A stretch of DNA of 64,000 bases. Origin: Octopus sinensis (Eukaryota). Where the stretch lies: the NCBI RefSeq assembly GCF_006345805.1, contig NC_043007.1, positions 5,766,001-5,830,000 on the forward strand, in the 5' to 3' direction. The stretch's first letter is position 1. The number at the start of each line of letters is the position of its first letter. The translations under genes and the position numbers were made by a program. This document shows positions 52,241-64,000 of this stretch, piece after piece. The notes below the pieces were generated by a model, which was given only the letters and a program-made list of their open reading frames with translations, made no database searches and was not told the origin of the DNA.

Positions 52241-53859
52241 TCATTACTTCCCAATTAACTTAAACTCTGACACCATCACATGGATCTACCTATCTCTCTT
52301 TTTCTCTCTTTCTCTCTCTCCATTAATCTCTCTCTCTCTCTCTTTCTCACACACACACTTTTAGCATCCCAATTCCACTAGGTGACAGATTTTTTGCATC
52401 ACAGGAATCTATCGTTAGCACTTTGATATAATAAATAAAAGAAGTGAATAATTACAATCAGTCACTGTTAGACTATGTAATATTGTCGTGGTATTTAATT
52501 ATGGATCTGAACACATTTCTTTCAAATCTTTCCTTGGTTATATTCTAATTTCAAATTTCTGAAGTCAATAGAATAAAGAAACAAACCAGTCCAATACTAG
52601 GACAGAAATAGTCTGTTAAACTCTTCTCCAAATTTTATACTTTTGGGACCTTATTAGAAATCAACGATCTCATCTCATTTTGTGGACAACTTTTTTGAGA
52701 CACAACAATATGTTTCATCTACTGTTTCACAGCAAAACGTTTCTCAAAGGAATTCTGAAAAGTATAGCTGGGTTGAGCCAAAATTCAGCTATGAGATCGG
52801 CTGCACTGGTACTTCTTTTGAACTAGCTCAGCTTACATGAAATGAACAATGGTGAGTGAAACCACTGGAATTGTTTTTAGTTCTACTATTTTCTTGATTT
52901 TTTCTGTACACAAAGCAGTGTGTGAGTTTTTGTGCAATAAATCTACAATAACTACGAATCAGGGAAATTCTTGATATTGTCGTTCTTGTTTTTGTTGTTG
53001 AAGTTGACGGAGAGGAGACATATTTTGTTAATTAGGTGACTTTGCGAGAATAAGTTTGACAGTTCTTTAGCCATAAGGACAACTTAATGTGTACGGATCT
53101 TTCATGCAGTATATACCTCTATTATTAAGACAGCTGGGTATCATTTGATATCTACGTGGGCAGCAGTTTTCTTAAGCCGAACGACTACCTGGAGGCTCCT
53201 TAGTGACTTGCGGCGAATGCATACGTACATAAATACATAAATTGCATATCAATTCTTAATCAATCGTTTGAAGCAGAATGGGTCAACTGCACGCATTCTT
53301 TCAATCGATTCTGTCAGTTATCCGTCTCATTATAGGACACGTTTGAAATTCATTGATACAGAAACCACAGCTTGCTTCATTAAATGTCTTAGGGTCTATG
53401 TTTTATAACCTGCTGAATTCCGAGCACAGAACCCAGAATGGTTACTTTCCTTTCTTCTGATAAAATAATTGCCAGGTTTATTTAATTGATGTTGATGTTA
53501 TCAACTATGACTCTCCACTGAAAAGTTGAGCGCACCCCCTCCTCACAAAGTATGACACAGCAATTCTGTCTCAACACACATACATACATATATACACGCT
53601 CCCACACGCACACACAGACTCAAAAAATTTTTAGCTTCCCCACACATACATTCACACGCGATCGCCCTCATTCACACTCACACACACCATTCTTACATAC
53701 ACACACCCACCCTTGCGCATCCTAATTCATCCGGGCCACCGCTATTATCTCTCTTTCACTCAGTCTTTTATTTTTCGGTCATTTCATCATGTGGAACCGT
53801 TAATCTCTAAATCCCTAAATATTTTTTCACACTTCGTTTTTTTTTTGTCTTTGTTCTTG

Positions 53860-54010
53860 CGTTCTCTATCCAATTTCTTCCCTTCCATCGTTTCTGTCGA
53901 AGGGTGTAGGCTCGAAACGTCAAAGACTTTTCCACTCTTTCCGAGCGTCAAATTAATACACCTGCTTGTTGTTCCCTCGCCTGTCTTCCTTATTTGTAAA
54001 TTTTAACTAT
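53860..54010 (+). mobile_element. GAGC-stem hammerhead-bearing repeat; motif at 53890-53925
   Basis: UUU-CUGUCGA-A-GGGU(GUAG)GCUC-GAAA-CG-UC-AAA; GUC triplet; stem II retained via G-U wobbles. Confidence 0.7.
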
Positions 54011-54061
54011 ACATGCATATACACATTCATTCATACATGCATGCATACATACATACATACA

Positions 54062-54094
<33 letters not shown>

Positions 54095-54452
54095 GAATAG
54101 ATTAATATATATATATATAAATATGATGGCTGCCCCCTCGTTATCGAGTATGGCCATTGCACGAATCTTAACTGTTACTGGTGCTGTGATCGAATGTGAC
54201 TTTTAGCCGAGCTAAAGATCTAAAATGTCTTGTACAGAATTGGCAACTAAAACCTTTACCGGTAATAGCCGGCTGTAGTTGTAACTGGGCTTCATGTACC
54301 TTTGCATGTCTTTTAAGTCATCCTGCCCAATTACACTCTCTTCCACATGCCCAACAGATATGATTAGTATGGTGTGTTACACCACCACCAGTGGCCAGGT
54401 TGTCACTCATCTGTCTCGCTTTATGACTATGTATGTATTTATAAATATATAT

Positions 54453-54518
<66 letters not shown>

Positions 54519-54854
54519 GTGTGTGTTTGTGTATGTGTGTATACTTAATGTATGCCTATAATATTTTGGGACGGTGAAACTCGAATCAGATAACGCTATA
54601 CACAGTAGCGTGTAAATATATTAAAAAGGCCTGTCAATAGACAGCCCTCCACATTTTCTATGCCAGGGGTTTTAAGCCAATATTAACGTAATATTATTTA
54701 CAGCAGTCCGCCCCAAAACAAGAATCTTTTCACGTTCTATCGATCTCAACTGATTCTTATAAAGGCAATGACGTCAACAATAGAATCTTTACATATACAT
54801 ATACACGCATGCATGCACACACACACACACACACATGTATACATAATGTGATAG

Positions 54855-54996
<142 letters not shown>

Positions 54997-55003
54997 ATAT
55001 ATA

Positions 55004-55112
<109 letters not shown>

Positions 55113-55124
55113 AGATACAGTCCT

Positions 55125-56065
55125 GGGTATGACTCTAAACTACATCCGGTAGTGGACTCTACGGCCCTGGTTTCAGGGTTTGAGAAGTGAGGAACCACCC
55201 TTAGCCACCATTGTGCCCAGGTCTACTCTGTGCCAGAGTGGTAGCGCCTGTAAGGGTCCCAGCTATGAGTTAACTTGCAGAGCGCCCTACAACTGGGAGA
55301 GGGATCGGTAGAATGCAGTCGCCGCATGCCCTCGACTAAAACGGGCAGGAGCGAAGGGATTGGGAACTCTCTCGTCCTAGTAAATCCATATTCCTAAAAA
55401 TGCAGCAAGAAAATGACAAGGGTTTGGGAGAAGGTTAACATCAAATCTCCCCCTAGTTCCAGGATCATAGAATGTGCGAGGGTTTAGTACTAGTGAGGTA
55501 AAGAGGAGGGAGACAGGGAGCGTGATGATGAAGAGAAGGCTGGATGTGCTGGCACTGAGTGAGACTAAGATGAAAGGTGAGGGAGAGCATCAGTTGGAGG
55601 ATGTGACTGGACAAGTGTTGCGGAGGAGGAGGAGGGCTCGTGAGGGAGTGTGTGAAGGAAAGTGTGGGGGAGTAGAGGAAAATGTCTTCGAGATTAATGT
55701 GGGTTAAGATGGGGGAGAGAGATTTGGTTGTTTTTAGTGCATATGGTCCAGGGAGTGAAAGGAGCGAGGAAGAAGTAGAGGGGTTCTGGAGGGAACTGAC
55801 AGAAGGCGTGGATAGGGAGGGGGAAAAGTGGATTTGTGGTGATGTTGGGTGGTTTGAATGCATGAGCGGGAAATGAGAAAGTAGAAAATGTAGGAGGATA
55901 AAATATGGAGTTCTTGGTCGGAATGTGAGTGGCAGGAGAAGGTTGTTGGAAATGTGTTGGTGGTGGGGAATAGTCTTTTCAAAAAGTGGGAGCAGAATAA
56001 GTTCACATAGTGGAGGGTAGAGAGAAGAACAGAAGTAGATATGGCCTTGATGGACAATATATCAA
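55125..56065 (+). mobile_element. RTE-clade LINE 5' fragment (5' UTR + degenerate APE endonuclease)
   Basis: NVRGFSTSEVKRRE...LDVLALSETKMKGEGE; VFSAYGPGSERSEEEVEGFW; LGGLNA; NSLFKK. Confidence 0.8.
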
Positions 56066-56415
<350 letters not shown>

Positions 56416-56417
56416 TA

Positions 56418-56640
56418 ATAGTGTTTATTGAGCGTAAACACCTAAAAGCTCCACAGGTCTCCGGTAGGGGTTGGTGGCGATCCCTGCTATATCCTTTCGT
56501 CACAACTTTCTCTCACTCTTACTTCTGTTGGCCTGCTCGCTTAGGCAGCGGGGTGGCGTCATTTGAAGACTAAAACAATGCGAAGCGCATTGTGACCAGC
56601 GATGTGTAGCAACATCTGAGAGCCTGGACGGTCACGGTGA
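56418..56640 (+). mobile_element. SINE family C variant with a different 3' tail
   Basis: Shares 'ttattgagcg.aaacacctaaa...caactttctctcactctt' with 21682-22046, then diverges to 'gcgaagcgcattgtgaccagcgatgtgtagcaacatctg'. Confidence 0.7.
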
Positions 56641-56684
56641 TATATATATATATATGTATGTGTGTGTGAGTGTGTGTATGATCG

Positions 56685-56839
56685 ATGTTATCTTTTACCT
56701 GTTTCACTCATGAGACGGCGACTACGCTGGGGCATCACCTTGAATTTATTTTTCGTCTAGAACCTATTTTTATTGGTCGAACCGCGAAGTCAGGTGGACG
56801 TAAAAACACCCACATCGGTTGTCAAGCGGTGGTGGATGA

Positions 56840-56876
<37 letters not shown>

Positions 56877-56885
56877 ACACACACA
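56685..56885 (-). mobile_element. SINE family B tail fragment
   Basis: 'gaaccgcgaagtcaggtggacgtaaaaacacc...gttgtcaagcggtggtgg' followed by (CA)n. Confidence 0.55.
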
Positions 56886-57089
56886 TAAATGTGAGGATGC
56901 TGAAAAGTTCCTGGCGTTGGGTAAAAGAAAATCAGTTAATTATGATTTTATCCTCTCAGATTCACCCAATCATTGCAGCAGTCCTTTAGTTTTTCTCAGC
57001 CTTGTAAAACATCTCAGAAGTCAGGGTATCCAACGGGGTCTTACTGTACCCCCTCGTATATTCTCAAGTTATTTCCTCGACACTAAGAA

Positions 57090-57420
57090 GATAAAAGGCA
57101 CAGTCAACCTCTGTGGACACACAGAAGGAACAGACGGACGAAATGCCGACAATCATTTTCTTCGGTACGCTCACGATTCTGCCAGCATGCAATAATAATA
57201 ATGCATTTTACTATAAGGCAGAAGACCCGAAATTATGGGGAAGCGGGGTAGTCGATCACATCAGTTCCAGTGCTAAACTAGAAGTTACTTTTCCTCCCCA
57301 CTGAAAGGATTAAAGGAAAACTCGGCCTCTGTGGTGTTTGAACTCAGAACGTACAACAGAGAATATGCTGCTAAATGATTTTTATCCGGGGGCTGCTAAC
57401 GATTCTGCCAACACCCCGCG
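57090..57420 (-). mobile_element. Degenerate SINE family A copies
   Basis: 'gacgaaatgccg...cgattctgccag' and 'ttgaactcagaacgt...ctaacgattctgcc'. Confidence 0.55.
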
Positions 57421-57519
57421 TTACAGTTCTGACATCAGACCCCTTCGTAGTTCTGACAGTTAATAAATTATCTCTGGAATAAAAGGATTTGTAAATGAAA
57501 ATGAATGAAGGAAAAAAAT

Positions 57520-57810
57520 GCAGAGAAATACGTAAAGGAGCGCCGGACTCATACTCAGCATACAGAAACTAGGACTACAACATAGATCCTATGGCACAAT
57601 TAAGGGCCATTGACAGGGCAGATCGATAATATGCACTCCTTGGTGTAGTGAGAAGTGTTGTTCTTGGACGGAGCTTTTCTCAGGGAAGAGCTCGCGTGAA
57701 CTATCGGTATGTCAAGTCCTTCTCTGCGGACTACGTATTTTATCGTTTGAGTAGTTCTGTCGGCAAAATGTGGTAGCTTTAGGAGGCAATGCTGGACTTG
57801 GGAGTATGTT
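57520..57810 (-). mobile_element. Probable Penelope-like element linker fragment (between RT thumb and GIY-YIG)
   Basis: LKLPHFADRTTQTIKYVVRREGLDIPIVHASSSLRKAPSK...KECILSICP resembles PLE linker regions. Confidence 0.5.
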
Positions 57811-57814
57811 GGTT

Positions 57815-57930
57815 CTTCCGGCATCTTGGGCAAGTTTCTTCTACTATAGATTCGGTCCAACCAAAGCCTTCTGAGTAGTTTTAGTAGACGGGAAATTGAA
57901 AGAAGCCTGCAGAATATATATATGTATATA

Positions 57931-57974
<44 letters not shown>

Positions 57975-58183
57975 TGTGTCTATGTGTCTATGTTTGTCCC
58001 CCTTGACAAACGATGCTGGTGTGTTTACGTCCCCGTAACTTAGGGTTTCGATAAAAGCGACCGAGAGAATAAGTACTAGGCTTACAAAGAATAAGTCCCG
58101 GGGTCGATTTGCTCGACTAAAGGCGGTGCTCCAGCATGGCCATAGTCAAATGACTGAAACAAATAAAAGAATGAAAGAATAAA
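57815..58183 (+). mobile_element. SINE family B (body, internal (TA)(TG) microsatellite, tail with AATAAAAGA)
   Basis: Continuous 'cttgggcaag...gaaagaagcc'-(TA/TG)n-'gtttacgtccccgtaac...ggtgctccagcatggcc...gactgaaacaaataaaaga'. Confidence 0.8.
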
Positions 58184-59110
58184 TGTCTCCCAGCCGAACT
58201 CTCCGCCCTTCGATGTCTCCGACGCCACACTGACATCCTTATAAAACCGGCCGACAAGGGTGGAGCCGTGGTGGTTGGCGCGCGGACCTCTACAAGGCAG
58301 AAGCTCTCCGCCAACTTCAAGACACCTCCTTCGACATAACCCCCAGCCCGACACTTCCACACTCGTTCGCCTGGCCGAATTTCTCCTCCCGCTGAACTGC
58401 TTCTCGTTTGCTGGTAATTTTTACCAACAGTCCTCGGGAGTGGCCATGGGAACGAGAATGGGCCCCAACTATGTGAACCTGTTCGTTGGCTACGTTGAGG
58501 CCCAAATATTCTCAAGTTTGACTGGTTCCTCTCCCGAACTATACGGCCGTTATATTGACGACTGTATCGGTGCGGTCTAGTTCTCCCGCGATCATCTCGT
58601 CTCCTTCCTCTCTTCCTCTCTTTTGTCCATTCTTTCCATCCTGCCCTCCACTTCTCCTGCACTATTTCTGACACCGCTGTCCAATTTCTTGACATTTCGG
58701 TCAGCATTCATCACTCCACTCTCACCAACCGCTACAAACACAGAGACTCACACTCATACCTCAACTTCTCCTCCTCTAATCCTAAACACACCAAGCTTCC
58801 CCTATTCCCAATTCCTCCGCTACGCAGACTCTATAGTGAGGACCATGACTTTGAGACTCAGTCTCAACTCATCCAACGTGGATATCCCCTCACCACTATC
58901 CACACCGCTCTTGCCAGAGCACATTCCGCATCTGCTCTCTCCCTCCGCCTCCGCCCCACTGTCTCCCGTTTTCCCTCACCTACCACCCCACCACGCTACC
59001 TCTCCAACGCGCCATTCTCCGAGCATTCCGGCGACTCGAGTCCGACCCCTCCACTTTGCATCTTCCCTAACCACCCCTCCCCTCCTTCAAACGAGCCCAC
59101 AACCTCCGAG
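58184..59110 (+). mobile_element. Penelope-like element RT fragment (internally deleted, frameshifted)
   Basis: IKPADKGGAVVVWRADLYKAEALRQLQDT; FYQQSSGVAMGTRMGPNYVNLFVGYVE; YGRYIDD; QFLDISV. Confidence 0.88.
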
Positions 59111-59123
59111 ACCTACATATATA

Positions 59124-59185
<62 letters not shown>

Positions 59186-62104
59186 TACATATGTGTGTAT
59201 GAGTGTGTTTGCATACATGTATATACATGATAGATAGATACAGAGAAAGTTGAGAGTGAAGTGTGTGTGTGTGCCCGCATGCGTACGTGTGAGAGTATTA
59301 TATATGTGCGTTTGTCTATATGTCTTTATGTATATATGTATGTAAGCACGTATATATGTAAAGATACACAAGAGCACACACTTTCACGTTAACAAATTTA
59401 AAACATTGATACGTCATAATCAAACAAATACAACCGCGCGCACACTTAGACACTTACTCACTTATAGAAGCATACCTATAAGGCACGGATGTGTTAGAAA
59501 CAAGGAGAGAAAGATCACGTCAAATAGAAGTCTACTGTTGACAATTTTGAAGATAAATCAAAGTATATTTATTACAGTAAATACGGAAATATTTGCATCT
59601 AAACTACAAATAATCTGATCCTCAAAATCACCAGGGACGACGGTTATAACATCTTCAGTGTTGTAACTCCATTGGCAGAAATAATGTTCTTCTGGAATGT
59701 TTTCCGAGGAAAGATCCTACTGCTTTCTTGCATGGTCTTTCACAGTTTGGCATTAGATGCGAATGATAAATTGTGCACCAATAAGCAGCTGATTCTTCTT
59801 CCTAAGGAAATATACAAAAACTGTAATGTCTTCGTTTCTCAAAGAGATGCCCTGGATGCGCCAACAGTGAAAGTTCCGGTAGGTTATCTATGAATAATAC
59901 TAGAATTTTGTCTGATTTAGACCTTCAGTTTGTGAAAAGACGATGAGTTGATACCATCGTCCCCTTGCTTGATTGCTTATTTGTTTTATCGATCTGGAAA
60001 GGCTGAAACGCAAAGTTGACCCTGTGTGGGGGATTTGAATGTAAATAGTTGGAAAGCATGTTTCTCGATGCTTTAACAATTCTGCTAGTTCGGCACCCAA
60101 ATAGTTTCTAAATTAAGTACAACGACAGCAGTTTTAAGATGAGGTGATAAGTAGGTGACACAAATTCCACTACTTGACAGCTGCTTCCATTCATTTCGAA
60201 ACCCAAGGGAATGAAAAGCTAAGTTAACCCTGGCGGGGTTTCTACTCAAAATCTTAAGAGTCGGATAAATTGCACTAAACATTTTTTTAACGATGCTGTA
60301 AAAATTCTGCCAATGTGTAACAATTTCTGCCATTGGTGACAAGGGCCCAAAATGTTGTTGACAATGAAAATACAATTAACAAAAACAGTAGGAGATTCAT
60401 TTCGGGTTAAAAGAGGAGAAATCTACAAAAATGACAAGTGCAAAATGTCAACGCGAAAACAAGAATACAGAATGAATAAATGATTGATGTTTATAGGACA
60501 CACCCGACACTGCCAAGACTCCAGAATCGGTAGAGCTTGTCCGGAGCAGACGGTGCTTCTTAACACCTGTTGTACCGAAAGAGACCAAGGTTCATTTGGT
60601 CGCTTTGAGAATCAGAAAAAGTATCGAAAGTGTATACGCTAGTCACTAACCTTCATTATTTATCGTCTTTAATTAAGCGACATCATTGCAAAATGCCGAG
60701 ACATTTCATGTGGTTATGCCCACTGCTCTAGGTTGCTTCTTTCTGTAAATGAAAAGCCTCTGTCCAATGGTGTCTTCCTCTCGTCCAGGATAGCACGGCT
60801 GATCATACTTCTTAAAAACGTTTGTTGATTTGAACTGGAGTGGGATACTGCAACTTCTCATCTTCTTAAGACAGACGAAATACCACCAGGCATTTCGCCC
60901 GGCGTGCTAACGTTTCTGCAAGCTGGCCGTGCTAAGCAGTCAAGATATTGTTAGTCATCACAATCACCGTTTGATGTCTTTGGCAAAGACATTTAGCTTT
61001 TATGAAATGATTCAATACGTGTAGCAAACGAATAGGTGTTTCAGGGTAAAAACAAATCTCTGCTTTAACACTGGTGACACTGTAACATTGGCGAACGCTT
61101 TCATAGTTCACAATGATAAATTCAGTTCTTTCGGTGGGTGCAAGAAGGGCGGGCGCAAAAGAGTGACTTACTCTGATGTTGCACGGCGACCGGCGTTTCA
61201 CAGGTGTTCCTAAAAACTATTATGGGTTTTAAGACCCGAACATAATCGTAACAAGTACAGATAAGTATATCAAGTGACGGGTACATTTCCATGCTAGCAT
61301 GGGTTATTTATTTCCCCACCTTTCTCTCTCTGTCTCTACCTTTTCTTTCGTGGTTGATACCTACAGGGGTCACCAATCATGGACCTACAGGGATCATCGA
61401 TCATGGACCTCCTTACCAAAGCCTGATGATTCATACTTTTTGATGGGAAAGATACAGTAATGCATTGTCGTTGACCATTGTTAGTTCATTTATAGTTTAC
61501 TGTTTGTCTCCTGCAGTCCCGAGTTTACTTTTAAGGTGCAAATCCTATTTAAACGTTGATCAGGTGAGGCGGTTCATTGTATTTTTGCAGACTGGTGGGC
61601 CTGTGTGATATTACATGAGGACGGACTTCTGGATCCTGTATGAATTGGCCACAAGAATTGAAAATCTTCGGCTAACTTACCAATTACCGGGGCTTTGTCC
61701 AGTATTACCCTCTCAGGCTTGAGGAAACGTGAGAGTAGAGATGATCTGGTTCCCCACAAAGCTTCTGAAGTTCCGAAATGGAGGTTTCAGAGAGTAAGAA
61801 AGAAAGAAGTGCATAACAATATACGCACGCGCAGTTATGTATATATAAATGTGCATATGCATAATTATATAAGCCTGCGCAATTGCGTATTTAAACCCGT
61901 ACGCATGCATGCACACACACACACACGTATACACGTATATACACACACACATACGCATAAATGCATACACACATATATACACACATACATACACAAACAC
62001 ATACACACATATATATGCACACACATGCATACACATAAATACATGCATATACGCATACACGTGTGCACGTATACATGCATACATGCACACGTACACAACG
62101 TACA

Positions 62105-62860
62105 CATCACTAACTCCTCTTTAGAACGAAATAGGAAAGATCTACACACATTTTTCTCTAACCTCAGCCTATCTATTACTTTTAAAATTTCCCACAAAAC
62201 CACAAATTTTTTAGACGTAACTTTAATCTTAGAAACCTCCCAATATTCGTCATATGAAACCTAACCAATACCTTTAGCACTTAAACATTAATTAAAATCA
62301 CCACAAATCCACCTTTGATAATATAGTTACGGGTATCTCAATTCGTTTATCTGACCTCTCCTCCACTCAATAACCACGCCCCATATTACAACCAAGCATT
62401 CGCCGCTTGTGGATTCTTCCAACGAATAAAATACATCACTGATATTAGGCTCAATCAACATATATCTCAAAACATACCACAACCACATGCTACCCATCAG
62501 AATCAGAAAAACCACACATATACTATACTAGAACCACGGGAGAACACGCATTAAGACAACTTAGACGCCACACGTATATATATATATAAATCTCGCTCTG
62601 CATATTGAAAAAATATTTCACATTTAAGCACTTATGAGGACACACCACATGCGCCACTAATGCCGCCACGATTGCCCCTTCTTTATACGAGAAATGGGAA
62701 TATACATAACACAGGGTACTCGACACACAGTAGAAATATTCCCCCTGACGAACTACTCAGTACACAGAATAAGAAGATCATATACACCCAGAATATAATA
62801 TAAGATTAGCGCAAACACAAATTTCCATTACGTGACTGTTACCCAAAAGTCAAATTCAAG
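62105..62860 (+). mobile_element. Penelope-like element 3' fragment (RT thumb to decayed GIY-YIG)
   Basis: LHTFFSNLSLSITFKISHKTTNFLDVTL... followed by decayed downstream motifs; degenerate CTGACGAA motif at 62745. Confidence 0.6.
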
Positions 62861-64000
62861 AGGGTTAACCAGTCGAAAAGATGTCACCCAAGAGTAGCGC
62901 ACATTGATTTATCGTTTCCTTTATGAGAATCTCCGAGAATTCAACGAGATTTACTGCTTTTACCAAATGGTGACGACCACAATTCCTCCATTTGATCGGC
63001 TATAAAATAAATGAAGATATTAAAATATTTCTATTTTTCCCTTAACATGAACTAACGTTAGCCTATCACGCAAACAAAGAAATCCTATCCACCAATGCGG
63101 TGCAGAGCACTCATTTTTATCGTTCCACATTTACGTATATTATATATATATATTATATATATATAAGATAATAAATCCAAAAAAATTAAGAGCAAAAGAA
63201 ACAGCGTGAGGGCGTGTGGTAAGTGATCGCAGATTAACGTGTGATGAGATATTTCTTCAAGTATGCAATGAACCATCCCGATCTAGCAATTGAAATCACA
63301 ATCGCCAGATCTTTTGTGCAACACCATATATATATATGCATGCCAACTTCCTAATAAGCTCGTATGTTTGTATGTATAATTTAATAAAATAAATTTTTCC
63401 CAATTAAAAAAAATTGTTTTATTAGGCAAATGTAACTCTGCAAGCACATAAATATATGTTGCTCATGGTTGATCCGGACGAATATCCGCATTCTGATATG
63501 GTGTATTCGCATTGGATAAAGACACATATCACCGTAAGTATAATAGATATTTTTTGGTAACTGTATTATTTTTTTATGCAGATATGTGCATTCGTTACAC
63601 GCAACTGTCAATGTTAGCACCAATATGCGTATATAATTTCACAAATTGCAACGCACCGCGCACACACATACACACACTTACACACACATACACACACTTG
63701 CACACATGCATACACGCAAAGATGCATACACATGCATACAGATGCACATATTCATACACACAAATACAAGCAAATACACACATACATACCAATAATAGCG
63801 AAGAGATTCAAGAAATTGTTTAACTGATAAATCATTACTGAATTTTGAGAAATTTCACTGAAACCTGCGCTAAAACATTATGAAAGAAATCAATATTTCT
63901 GTAATTTACCGGTTTCAACACTTTTAAAACATATTCTTTAATAATGATGATATATAAACTGCTCTGGTTGGTTGAAAATGCTTTAAAATGTGTTGTTGTT

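Noticed and set aside
52730-52856. Plus-strand exon candidate with ATG|GTGAGT donor
   Set aside because: All frames hit stops before the strong donor; the alternative donor leaves two equally open frames.

Overview
A 64-kb, AT-rich, microsatellite-saturated eukaryotic window with no recognisable host gene. The SINE families and repeat landscape look octopod (Octopus-like); this is inference from recalled repeat families, not a database result. Main contents: (1) a near full-length L1/Tx1-clade retrotransposon (39125-45007, +) inserted in phase in an (ATCT)n tract. Its ORF1/ORF2 share an ATGA overlap, and it carries only three apparent single-base-deletion frameshifts. (2) About ten minimal type I hammerhead ribozyme motifs in three dispersed repeat families, including an essentially perfect pair in a tandem/fold-back element at 18120-19325, alongside several Penelope-like (RT/GIY-YIG) coding fragments. 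(3) Decayed CR1-, RTE- and R4/Dong-type LINE fragments, at least three SINE families, a mariner fragment, Merlin-, hAT- and long-TIR MITEs, Helitron-type elements and a 258-bp palindrome. Several short splice-site-bounded open frames could be host exons, but none could be assigned to a known gene. Almost all ORFs in the supplied track are microsatellite translations or antisense shadows.
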